Virus record (IMG/VR): IMGVR_UViG_3300029736_000004
Source of the DNA: a virus
Lineage: Duplodnaviria; Heunggongvirae; Uroviricota; Caudoviricetes
Length of the DNA: 64,000 nt
Strand: one strand, 5' to 3'
The translations under genes and the position numbers were made by a program. Of the stretch, positions 9,006 through 19,200 are shown in pieces. Every line of letters begins with the position of its first letter. Position 1 is the stretch's first letter. Under the pieces are notes generated by a model. That model ran no database searches. It saw only the letters and a list, made by a program, of their open reading frames with translations, and was not told the DNA's origin.

Positions 9006-10661
9006 ATGAATAAAATTGGTTTTTCTGTTGGTCAGGCTGCGGGCGTTGCGGTAGCGGACGTTAATGCCGATGCTACTCTGACTAACACATCTGGCGGTGC
9101 TTCCGTCTTTGCCGGGCTGGTCATTTCCCGCAGAGGGGCGCCAGGTAAGGTTTTGCAGGTTACAGCAGCCAACTATCAGAGCGTGTTAGGTTCACCTCTT
9201 CACCCGCGCACCGGGGCCGCATTTGAACCATATCGCCACGTTGAACGCGCAGTAAAAGGCGGCAGCGGTTATGTGGTTCGCGTATGCGCAAAAGACATGA
9301 AAGTACCGGGCATTGCCGTTTCTGTTCAGGCCAAGTCGAAAAGCACTAAGTCTGCAAAAACTCTGCAAATTGCTCCGACCGAAGCAACGGTAAACATCGG
9401 CGATACACTGACCGTTCGTGCCGTTTCTGGTGCCACTTCTACGGTAACTTTCGCTGCAAGCGAAACACCTGAAATTTCCGGCAGTGAACTGGCTATTTTC
9501 TACATAAAGGACGGTGATGCTTCGACAAACCGCACGTTATCACTGACCCGTGAGGACGAAGAAAATGACCTGTTCACTCTGGAACTGAAAGAGACACAGA
9601 CCGATGGTTCTGTAGAAACTCTGGAAAGCTACCAGGTTTCTTTCGATCCGGATGCAACGAACGATATGGGCCAGCCAGCATGGATTCCTGCGTTGTTAGA
9701 AAGTCAGTCCACCAGGCTTGGAGCTGTACTGGCTGATGGTGCCGAAGACTCCGCTCACTTGCTGACTTTCGAAGATGTAGCGTTTGAAGGCGGTACAGAT
9801 GGCGATCTGTCCTCAATTGACGCTGATGATTATCTGAAAGCGTTAGAGGTTCTCGAAGCGTCAGAAGTTAATTATACCGCGCTGCTTTCTCTGGGCTGCT
9901 ACGACGCATCCGTGCTGGCAAAAATCAATTCGCTGGCAGAAGACGTTCGCGTGGATATGTTCTACGACCTGAAATGTGCTCAGACTGGTGAAAACGCTAT
10001 CGCAGAAGCTAAATCACATGGTTTCGGCAAATCCCACCAGGCTGCACGTTATCACTTCCCGTACTCATGCCGTGACACTTTCAGCGGTATGAATGTGGTT
10101 TACGGAATCAGTTGCGACGCATTTGTGGCAAAAGCGAAAGGCGTTGCGCTTGTGTCTGATGTAGGCGGCTGGCATTACGCCCCGGCTGGTCTGTCTCGCG
10201 CAATCATTGATCGCCAGAACATCACCAGACTCTCCGGGATTGGCACAATCGATCGTGAAGCGTATGTAACCGCTCGTATTAACCCTGTAAGCGTTGCAGC
10301 GGATGGTTCTGTCTACATCGACGACTCCCTGACGACATACAGCAAAAATAACCATCTGCGATTCCAGCACGTTTCATCACTGATGAATGCAATTGCCCGC
10401 AATTTCTATGAAGTTGCTCAGGCAATCAAGCATGAACCTGATGGCGTAACGCAGGAAAGTCTGACTAACGCACTGACAGATCTTCTGGACCGTTTTTATG
10501 CGGCTGGTGCGCTGGTTACACCACGCGATGAATCTCAAGGTTCAGACCCTTATGTGGTCAAGGTAACTCAAAAAGACATCGACTTGTGGGAAGTGGAATG
10601 GTCCGTGTGCCCAACAGGCACTGCTCGTCGAATCCTCGGCAAACCAATCCTGATGCGTTGA
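9006..10661 (+). CDS. tail sheath protein (putative)
   Basis: 551 aa (~57 kDa), acidic, with an Ig-like segment near the N-terminus; followed by tube-like gene; contractile-tail context. Confidence 0.45.
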   Translation: MNKIGFSVGQAAGVAVADVNADATLTNTSGGASVFAGLVISRRGAPGKVLQVTAANYQSVLGSPLHPRTGAAFEPYRHVERAVKGGSGYVVRVCAKDMKVPGIAVSVQAKSKSTKSAKTLQIAPTEATVNIGDTLTVRAVSGATSTVTFAASETPEISGSELAIFYIKDGDASTNRTLSLTREDEENDLFTLELKETQTDGSVETLESYQVSFDPDATNDMGQPAWIPALLESQSTRLGAVLADGAEDSAHLLTFEDVAFEGGTDGDLSSIDADDYLKALEVLEASEVNYTALLSLGCYDASVLAKINSLAEDVRVDMFYDLKCAQTGENAIAEAKSHGFGKSHQAARYHFPYSCRDTFSGMNVVYGISCDAFVAKAKGVALVSDVGGWHYAPAGLSRAIIDRQNITRLSGIGTIDREAYVTARINPVSVAADGSVYIDDSLTTYSKNNHLRFQHVSSLMNAIARNFYEVAQAIKHEPDGVTQESLTNALTDLLDRFYAAGALVTPRDESQGSDPYVVKVTQKDIDLWEVEWSVCPTGTARRILGKPILMR

Positions 10662-10704
10662 TTTATCTTCCCCGCTGAAACGCGGGGATGAATGAGGTTT
10701 CCTA

Positions 10705-11451
10705 ATGAAAAACTATTCTGTTGTTGATCCATTCATGCGCGCGCTATTTGCAGGCAAAACAGCCGATAACGCAGATACAGCCATACTGGAAAGCGCCAAA
10801 GATTCTGGTTGTTTTGAAAGTGGCGATAACGCCATCCTGGAAAGTGCCAAGAATGGAACCGATGGCGCGGATATCGAAGCCGCAATGATGGAAGCGGTGG
10901 AATCCCGTGCACAAAGTGACATCCGCAGTCTGGCAGCTTCAATGCTGGCGAGCTGGGTAGAAGATGGCGACCCTGAAGCGGATTCATTTGATGCGCTGGC
11001 AATCACAATGGCTGGCCTGGCCGACATTGACGAAGACACAGAACTGACCGACGAACAGGTTGACGCATATAACGACGCACTCGCGGCGTTGGCTAACGCG
11101 GCTGTGGCCCTGGGCGCTGATCAGGACGACGTCACCGAGATGATCGATGACGAAGATGACGCGGCAGCAGAACGCGTATTTGACGCACTGTCAGAAAGCG
11201 ATAGCGAAATGATGGAAGAAGCCATTGCAATTTACACCGTTGCTGGTGGCAATACAGCAATGCTCGAAGCTGTAAGCAAAAAAGTCGTCCGTGATGGCAA
11301 GGTTACTATCATCCGCAAACGCCCGCGCCCGCGTCGCATGACGTCCTTACAAAAGCAGGCGCTGAAAAAAGCGCGCCTTAAGGCGCATACGTCGATAGCT
11401 AACACTCGCCGCCGGAAGTCTATCCGCATTCGCAAAAAACGCGGCCTGTAA
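10705..11451 (+). CDS. hypothetical structural protein (acidic, basic C-terminal tail)
   Basis: 248 aa, very acidic body and Arg/Lys-rich C-terminus; GAGG SD. Confidence 0.45.
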   Translation: MKNYSVVDPFMRALFAGKTADNADTAILESAKDSGCFESGDNAILESAKNGTDGADIEAAMMEAVESRAQSDIRSLAASMLASWVEDGDPEADSFDALAITMAGLADIDEDTELTDEQVDAYNDALAALANAAVALGADQDDVTEMIDDEDDAAAERVFDALSESDSEMMEEAIAIYTVAGGNTAMLEAVSKKVVRDGKVTIIRKRPRPRRMTSLQKQALKKARLKAHTSIANTRRRKSIRIRKKRGL

Positions 11452-11469
11452 TTATGTAAGCCACCTGTA

Positions 11470-12087
11470 ATGGTGGCCTGTTTGGGAGAAATAGCAGTGA
11501 TTTGCGGCGCGATCATGGCAGACGGCATAAGCCCGCTAATGAAAGCCTACATCAAGTCAAGTGAGGATATGGTAGTCGGATATATCGGCGAAGGTTCCTC
11601 TGCCGAACTATCGTCTCTGTGGCAGTCGCCATTTGAAGATAAAGCGATGGGCAGCATGTTAGGCGCTATTAGCGAGGCTGCATCATCTCTTGCAGGCATC
11701 GTGCAGACATCATCAGGGTACACGAGTAAAAGCCGGTTCAACTCCACCCTCGTGTGGGAAGGGCAACAACCGCCGGAATTTACCCTTGTCCTGGATTTTT
11801 TAGCTACATCCAGCGCAAAAATTGAGGTGAATGACGCCATCACGACGTTGCTGAAAATGGCATCGCCAGAACTAAACGACATTACGCCTTTTGGTCGAGT
11901 CCCGGAGGCCGTAACGATAAATATCGGCAGGAACGTGATGTTAACGAACGTTGTGATCAAAAGCGTCAGCTATCAGCTTGACGCCCCGCGCACATCGGAA
12001 GGCTATTTCACCCACAACACGGTCACTCTGCAATGCAGTGGCAACACATCTATTAACCGCAGCAATATCTCATCTGTTTTTGTTTAG
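11470..12087 (+). CDS. hypothetical tail-associated protein
   Basis: 205-aa ORF inside the structural block. Confidence 0.45.
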   Translation: MVACLGEIAVICGAIMADGISPLMKAYIKSSEDMVVGYIGEGSSAELSSLWQSPFEDKAMGSMLGAISEAASSLAGIVQTSSGYTSKSRFNSTLVWEGQQPPEFTLVLDFLATSSAKIEVNDAITTLLKMASPELNDITPFGRVPEAVTINIGRNVMLTNVVIKSVSYQLDAPRTSEGYFTHNTVTLQCSGNTSINRSNISSVFV

Positions 12088-12095
12088 GAGTAATT

Positions 12096-12587
12096 ATGGC
12101 CGGTTTTTCAAACACAAAAGCCGATCTCGCCTTCCTGAAAGCCAGATTCAACAAGAACCTGGCAGCAGGCGAAAAATTAATTGGCACTGAATACTGGATG
12201 ACCATTAAGGGATACGAAAATCTGTCAGTGCTGATCCGCACTGCGCAGTTACCGGAAATGACGCGTGAAGACGTAGAAGATTACGCACCAGGCGGTATGA
12301 AGTTCAACCAACACGGTCCGCTGCGTAACTCAGGTGAATTTCAGGTTACCTGTGCGGAGACGATTGAAGGTGTTGTACTCGCTGCCGTCAAAGAGATGGT
12401 TTATCAGAAGAAATATCTGGATATCTCTTTCCAGGCTGCCGCTGAATCTAACAGCGGTGACAGCAAAGGTCTGTCACGTACTTACTCACACTGCAAAGTG
12501 TATTCCGATGCCGTTGATTTCTCATCAGAAGATGTAACGGCGGTTGTCAGACCGACCCTGCGTATTGTGTACAACTGGGTTGAGTAA
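12096..12587 (+). CDS. tail tube protein (putative)
   Basis: 163 aa, same length as T4 gp19 and similar C-terminal ending (RIVYNWVE vs LDYWE, recalled). Confidence 0.45.
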   Translation: MAGFSNTKADLAFLKARFNKNLAAGEKLIGTEYWMTIKGYENLSVLIRTAQLPEMTREDVEDYAPGGMKFNQHGPLRNSGEFQVTCAETIEGVVLAAVKEMVYQKKYLDISFQAAAESNSGDSKGLSRTYSHCKVYSDAVDFSSEDVTAVVRPTLRIVYNWVE

Positions 12588-12638
12588 TACCGATCCCGCT
12601 CAAAAGAGCGGGGTTATCCCCCTCCGTCCGGAGCATCT

Positions 12639-13190
12639 ATGACACCTTCTGAACTATTAGAAAGCGTTAAAGCGCGATTCAATCCTCTTCTTGTACGGGA
12701 AGAGGAGACACTGAAAGCATTCCTGATCAAAGCATTGACTACTTACCAGGACAGAGCGGGAGTAGTGAAGGCATTAAAGCTGGAGAAAGCAGACGGTACG
12801 GCGATCCCTGTTCCGGATGATTATCTGTCTCTGGTCCACGTCACTGACCACAACGGACTTCTGGTTTACGCCGACGAGATTGCCGGTTTTGTCGAACTTG
12901 AGCTTACCGGTTCTGAACGCTGGCCTTTCAAGATGCAATACCTTGTAAATCTCCGCGATCGCAACCTGGATGAGTGGCAAGTTCCACCTGCGATTATCGG
13001 AATGCTTGAGGAATATCTTGAAGCACTAATCAATGTCCGCAACGTTGCCCGCCAGCGAAGGGCGTCAATTGATGGCAAGTTTGATTACTCCGATCTTCCT
13101 GATGAGGCGACGCTCTACGCGCGTGTTCAGGAGATAGAAGAAAAAATGGCAGCCAACCGGGCCATTATCCCTGGTGCCACCATTTTTTAA
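12639..13190 (+). CDS. hypothetical protein
   Basis: 183-aa ORF in the structural block. Confidence 0.45.
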   Translation: MTPSELLESVKARFNPLLVREEETLKAFLIKALTTYQDRAGVVKALKLEKADGTAIPVPDDYLSLVHVTDHNGLLVYADEIAGFVELELTGSERWPFKMQYLVNLRDRNLDEWQVPPAIIGMLEEYLEALINVRNVARQRRASIDGKFDYSDLPDEATLYARVQEIEEKMAANRAIIPGATIF

Positions 13191-13203
13191 CACGGAGGGC
13201 TAC

Positions 13204-13911
13204 GTGAGTATTTTTAGTGCTACAACGCAAACGCTAGCCAGTGCGGTATCGTTTAGCGCGAAATCGTTCACCAGCAACCTTATCAGCGACATTCTGGATA
13301 GAGCGGTGTCTGGCAGTGGCGTTAGTGGGAGCTACGGCAATGACATCGCTTACGGAAAGAACGTAGTTGCTACGGCTATGCGTATCCGCTATGCCCAGGG
13401 CTGGCAGTGGACGGTAGACGTAGACGGATTAAGCGGCTTTGATATGTTCGTTAAGGACATCACTTACAGTAGCGGGAATATTGAAACAGAAAGCAAAATC
13501 ATTGGTAGCGTCGAGTTCAATAAGCCAACGCACGTAACCGCCGGACCGGTAACAATGACGGTCAGAGACACAGAAGACGGCAAAATAATGAATTGGTTCA
13601 AGGAGCGCCGCGCCCGTGTAACCAATAGCGATGGTACGCTAAACCTGCCGCCAGATTATCTCATGAATATCAGGCTATACCGCGTTACACAGGAAGGCGG
13701 GAAAGAGCTGGAAGAGGAAATGCGTGTATTTCCGACTCAGATAGGAGAGATCAGCCGCTCACGTGATCAGGTGTCCGAATTCTTGTCCTATCCGATCACG
13801 TTCCAGCGATACACATCTGCTGGTTCCGGCCTGTCCGCATTAGTCAATGGAGCTGCTGGTTTAGCAACAAGCGCACTTAAAAGCGCCGCCAGCAACGTGA
13901 TCAAGTTTTGA
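13204..13911 (+). CDS. hypothetical protein
   Basis: GGAGGG SD 4 nt before GTG 13204 (ORF track start 13174). Confidence 0.4.
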   Translation: MSIFSATTQTLASAVSFSAKSFTSNLISDILDRAVSGSGVSGSYGNDIAYGKNVVATAMRIRYAQGWQWTVDVDGLSGFDMFVKDITYSSGNIETESKIIGSVEFNKPTHVTAGPVTMTVRDTEDGKIMNWFKERRARVTNSDGTLNLPPDYLMNIRLYRVTQEGGKELEEEMRVFPTQIGEISRSRDQVSEFLSYPITFQRYTSAGSGLSALVNGAAGLATSALKSAASNVIKF

Positions 13912-13952
13912 AATGCAATATTAAAGTGCGAGAAGGAGAGGAAAGGACAAAC

Positions 13953-14245
13953 TTGAGGGCAATTTTTACACCAGCTATTTACACCAGTGATGGCATTTTT
14001 TACACACCACAACAAAATCAATGAGTTACATTCAAAAAACACTTAACAGGTGTGCTATAAAAATAGCTATAACATACGATGCTATCTGAGGGTGATTTTT
14101 ACACATTACTTATTAATCAATAAATTACAAATGATGTTAGCCGTTAAAGCTCCAACCAACTCACTAATGGTGTAAGAATTGCCCTCAATCTCCCATCTTT
14201 AAGGGCAAATCCTACACCTACAGAGAGGTGTAGAAATTGCCCTTA
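13953..14245. repeat. iteron cluster downstream of repA (inc/control-type locus)
   Basis: TGAGGGCAATTTTTACACC-type 19-bp repeats at 13953, 14087, 14200 plus inverted copies at 14169 and 14227. Confidence 0.6.
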
Positions 14246-14998
14246 AGACTGCTGATAGGTGAATTTTATTTTTGTAACTCTGCCACCTTCTGTAACCTCT
14301 GAGAAAACTATTTTCATTTTTGTGTTTTTTTCGATTTCAGCTACAGCTTTTGCCAGAAAGCTTCTCTTAAATTCGGCGTACCGTTGATAGCTTTTGGGAA
14401 GACCATAACGCTCCCGCATCCATTCAACGCCAAGTATAGCGAAGCCGCTCCCATCATCCTTTCTATACTGGCATAAGGACTCATAAAGCCGCATAGAATA
14501 AGGGTTTGTCAGGCGAGACACTTCAGTAAAATTCAGCCTCGTGAACCTCTTATCAAGCAGAGTAAAAAACGGCATGAGATATGGATTCAGATGAATAATG
14601 TAAGTCCCCCGGCGTGGTGAGTAAGCATCCTTAATCATCCAGGGATAAGACTCATAACTGTCTTCTGATTCGGTTGATTCATCAGGGTTATATATCGTGA
14701 CTTTCTTCTCACTAAGTCCGGAGATAGCTTTACGAATATCCTTGCTGGCTTCAGCAGAGGGCAAATTATACATCTCTGCATATTCGTTGACCGTCAACTC
14801 ACAGGCTCCTGAACCAAGAACGCCATCCTTAGAAGCATAGCGAAGTCTTCCCACCACAATAAACAACAGTCGCTTTTGGTCGCGTGTCAGGTGATAAGCC
14901 GCCTCTGTGATCTCATTGGCCTGCGCCAAGCTACGGCTAATTGGTGTCGCTGATTCAATCAGACTGACGGCTTTTGCCGTTAATTCCGCTCTGTTCAT
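14243..14998 (-). CDS. repA: iteron-binding replication initiator RepA
   Basis: 252 aa flanked on both sides by iterons; start set at ATG 14998 (MNRAELT) because the upstream ORF extension would be encoded by iteron sequence. Confidence 0.7.
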   Translation of the reverse strand: MNRAELTAKAVSLIESATPISRSLAQANEITEAAYHLTRDQKRLLFIVVGRLRYASKDGVLGSGACELTVNEYAEMYNLPSAEASKDIRKAISGLSEKKVTIYNPDESTESEDSYESYPWMIKDAYSPRRGTYIIHLNPYLMPFFTLLDKRFTRLNFTEVSRLTNPYSMRLYESLCQYRKDDGSGFAILGVEWMRERYGLPKSYQRYAEFKRSFLAKAVAEIEKNTKMKIVFSEVTEGGRVTKIKFTYQQS

Positions 14999-15020
14999 AA
15001 CCCTGTGTGATCCTTCAAAT

Positions 15021-15140
15021 GGTGAGGGCAATTTTTACATCACTTTGAGGGCAATTACTACACCTTTTGAGGGCAAATCTTACACCTGCTGAGGGCAAAT
15101 CTTACACCTCAATAGCTTAATTGAGGGCAAATCTTACACC
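15021..15140. repeat. origin iterons: five direct 19-bp repeats upstream of repA
   Basis: TGAGGGCAA(A/T)T(C/T)TTACACC at 15023, 15046, 15068, 15090, 15122; three spaced 22 bp apart. Confidence 0.7.
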
Positions 15141-15235
15141 TTGGTCCTCTACAAGCCCCGCCACACCTGACCTCCGCGATGCCTAAAAAGGATCTAAAAA
15201 GGATTAAAAAGAGAAAAAGGTTTATAAAAATACTC

Positions 15236-15244
15236 TGTGGATAT
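15236..15244 (-). promoter_or_regulatory. DnaA box in A-rich origin segment
   Basis: TGTGGATAT = ATATCCACA on the minus strand (8/9 to TTATCCACA) beside AAAAAGGATCTAAAAAGGATTAAAAAG; extra inverted iteron at 15262-15283. Confidence 0.4.
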
Positions 15245-15384
15245 GTGAATTGCGTCACTTAAGGTGTAAAAATCACCCTCAATAGTTGCTGTTCGATCGA
15301 CAAAGATCCTTATTCAATACTCCCACAAATCACACACTCCCTATCCTCTGAAAAACTAACTGAACCTAGCTTTCGGAGGAATCC

Positions 15385-16209
15385 TTGAACATTCCCAAAT
15401 TCCCATTGCCTTCACAGCCTGAAATGGAAATTCAGTTTCATGCACCTACTGTGAAAGATGCCCTGAAATATTCAGACATCAATCCGGCAGAAGACGAGGC
15501 AACCACAACAGAATACCTCAATGCCATGCAAGACGGCGAAATTAACGACAGCTCAAACTGGACAGTTCAGGATCGCAGAACCGCACTTTGGTGGATCTTT
15601 GTCAATTCCAGACCAGATGCCGTAATGACTTACTCATACGAGTGTGGTCACTGTGGAAGCGTTCATCACGCAGATATTAACCTTTCCGACCTTGCCGAAA
15701 CGGTAGAAATCCTGACTGTTCCGCCGTTTATTAAAACTATGGTCCCAATAAACGGAGTACCAACCGAGTGGACGCTTAAACCACTAACAGGGAAAGGCGC
15801 TGAATTGCTTGAGCGTATGCGCGCCACTCTGCCTGATATGAAAACTCCAGAGTACAGTGCTAAGGTTGCTCGTCTCCGCATAGCTGAGTTGGCCTTGTGT
15901 ACATCTCTGAACGACGATCCAGAAGACTTCACACAAGCTGCAAACAGACGATTCGATATCATTGAAAACATGGCACTGGAAACCGAGTTTACCCCTCTGG
16001 TAGCTCGCATTCAGCTCATGCAGAAAGACCTTCGCCACGGCTTAAAAATGGCTATTGAACGAGGCACAAGCCGCCTGATCCTACCGCCACAACGTTGCAA
16101 AAACGCTAAGGAGGGTGCAGACGTGACTACCACGCTGTACGCCCCATTTCTCAATAGAGAGTTTATCCCATCAATTAGATCTGAATGGATGGCTAACCAT
16201 TATCAATAA
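15385..16209 (+). CDS. hypothetical protein
   Basis: 274-aa ORF; TTG start with GGAGGA SD at optimal spacing. Confidence 0.5.
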   Translation: MNIPKFPLPSQPEMEIQFHAPTVKDALKYSDINPAEDEATTTEYLNAMQDGEINDSSNWTVQDRRTALWWIFVNSRPDAVMTYSYECGHCGSVHHADINLSDLAETVEILTVPPFIKTMVPINGVPTEWTLKPLTGKGAELLERMRATLPDMKTPEYSAKVARLRIAELALCTSLNDDPEDFTQAANRRFDIIENMALETEFTPLVARIQLMQKDLRHGLKMAIERGTSRLILPPQRCKNAKEGADVTTTLYAPFLNREFIPSIRSEWMANHYQ

Positions 16210-16260
16210 CCTGACGTTATACGGCTACCAGCCAGTTAGTGACGTTGAACAATTACCGCA

Positions 16261-19200
16261 GTGGCGGGCACTCCATATGGAAAAAGCACTGGAAGAGAAA
16301 TACAAAGCCCACGCCAAAAAAACAGGGTGATCACCGCCGATGTAAGTGAGGTTATTTTGAACGATAAAAAAGACCGAATAGCGATAATCGACGCAATACA
16401 AACGGCAAACGCGAAAGAGCTAGCTGCGCTTTCAGAAATAAAAAAAGCACTTGAGTCTTACGGACGCAATCCTGATACCAGCGACGCACCACAAGGACGC
16501 GTAAGTCGTCGCCTGGCCCGAACAGGGAAAGCAGGGGCGCAACGCAACAGTTTCACACAGGGGCCGTATAAAGACCGGCTCCCTGCCAAGAAACAGAGAT
16601 TACGTATAAACAACGCTAGCGAGATAGATAATCCGCAAAAAGCAGCAGCAGATCACCGCACCGCTCATTCGGAATCAAAAACAGCACCGCTGGCTGAAGG
16701 CAAAGCCACGAAGTCATCACCTGAGCGCATTCAGTCGCTCACTTCTGACATTCAGCCTGCAAGGCAAGAACAACCAGTTAGAGAAAACCAGAGTATCGCT
16801 GGTGCACCGTTACGGGATAGCAACGGACGATTTGCCTCTCAGAAAAAAAACGAGGATCTCGCACGCCAGAATGAGCTACGCGCACAGGCAAAACTACAGG
16901 TTGGGTTCCTGCGAAAACTCGGTTCCATTATGGGGGTTGATGGTTCAGGGAAAGTCGACGATGGAGCTGTAACCGATGCTGCTGGGGTAGGTGCTGGTGG
17001 TCCACTATGGATGGCAGCACGGGGCGTATTTGATATCAGCCGCGAGATTACTGGTAAGGCTAAATCATTGAAAGAATGGATAGATAATGGCAACGACAAG
17101 GCGGCTGGCGCACCGGTGGTCGCAAAATCCCCCGCCATTACTTACCCGGCACCTGACAATGAAAGGAAGACTCCAGATAACGCGCCCGGTTCAGCAAAGG
17201 CATTTACTGAAGCCGTTAAAGAAAAATCTGTACGTGCGATCGAAGAACAAACGAAAGTTCTTCAACGCAACGACAGCCAGATAATTGATGAGCTGGAAAC
17301 TGTATCCGAAGAGATCCGGAAACTACGAAAGTCGCAGGAGAGTGGGCTAAAACTGAGCGACCTCCTCGGCGGTGGCGGATTACGTACCAAAATATCCCCT
17401 ACACGCGGTCGTAGCAGTGCACGTGGTGGCAACACGGGCCGCACTGGAGACAGTAAAGAAAACAAGGGCAAGAAGGGAAAAAACACCAGCAAACCTACTG
17501 AGACGGGCAGGAGTCAGGAAGGCAAAGAGGGGAAAAAAAATCAGCCAGGCAAAAACAACAGTGCGGGCGAGGAAAAAAATCGGACAAAAAATGCTGGTGG
17601 GAACGAGGGTAGTACCTCACCAAAATCATCGGGTGATAAATCTTCAGTTAAAACCAGAGCAGGTAAGGTCACTGAAGAAAGTGTAGCCAAAACGGTGACT
17701 GGTGGAGCGGCAGGGAAAGACGCTGGTAAAGCGGCAACTTCCGCTGGGGAAAGCCTTACCAGGAAAGAGGCGGGTAAGGTTGCCGTTGCCACTGGTGAAA
17801 ACATCGCGAAAAAAGAAGCTGGAAAAGTGGCTCTCAAAGCTGCCGGAGGTGTTGCCGCAAGGGCCGGATTCAGGGCGATTCCAGTCATCGGCCAGGTGGC
17901 TATGGTTGGTTATGATGCCGTAGACGGCTACAGCGACACAGAAGCGCAGAGGGCGACTTATAACCTGAAGGAAGGGCAGGACGTTACAACACAGCAAAAG
18001 AGCGCCTACGCCGCTGCTAACGTCCTGGATATGGGCGGTCTGGTGACGGGAGCGGCTAACCTCATTGGCGAGGGGATGTCCGCGCTAGGCTTTGAAGGTG
18101 TCGGACAAAAACTTCAGAGTCTTGATACCAGCAATATCGCTCGCGGCATAAATAGTTCTATCGACGCGTCGAAGAACGCATTCAGCAGCCTAAAAGAATC
18201 GTTCTCATCAAGCAGCGAAGGCACTGCGCAGGTTAAGAAAGCCGTTGAAGATGGCACCAAGCAAACGGTAGCCGCAATTAATGATCTGGCCCGACAGCTA
18301 CAGGGCGGGCGCAGAGGTGAGGATGGCGTGGGTGAACACGGCTACAAATCGCCAGACGAATTTAAAGCGCCTGAAAAAAATACAATAACGGCTGATCTGA
18401 ATATAGGCGGAAGCAACGCCAAGAACAGGAATTACCGGAATAACAACCTGGGGAACCTGGTTTTTGCAAATCAGGAGGGGGCGGTACTGGAAGCGCCGAA
18501 CGCGAAAGGCGAACAGCGTTTTGCGCGGTTTAATACGCCCGAAGAAGGGATTCGGGCATTGGCAAACCAGGTATCGAGTTATTACAACGGTACAAGTGCT
18601 GCCGCCGGGTATCAGAAGCTGCAAACAGTATCCAGCATCATTTCAAAATGGGCACCACCAACAGAGAACAACACCAATCAGTACATTGAAAACGTCAGCA
18701 AATATCTCGGGGTATCCCCCAACGATAAAATAGACGTTAGCAACCCTGAAGTTATGACGCACCTTGTTCGCGCCATTGCGACGAAGGAGGGGGGTAACCC
18801 GGCGGTTAACAACAATTTCATCAAAACAGCTCTTGGTTCATTCAACGCTAAAACTGGGCGTTGGGAAGGGCAATTCAATGATGAAACGCTGGAACACATT
18901 AATAAAATCCAGAAGGAAAAGGGCGGTCCTCTAATCGCTCGCAACTCCCAATATAGTGTCGGTAGCAAAGTCAAATACGCCAACGGCTCATCTTCTGCTA
19001 TTCCTGCGTCAAGCGTAGCCCAGGCTGTAATGCCTAGCCCTACTGACGTGGTTCAACACGCACAGGCAGCTAAAAAACCGAAGGCAGCTCAACAGGAAAA
19101 TGCCCAGGCGATCAGCCACGCGAAAGCTAGTGGCAATTCTTCCGCCGCAGCCGGATTGACGGAGCGGTTAATGAGTGCAGACGGTGTTGGGGGCGTCATC

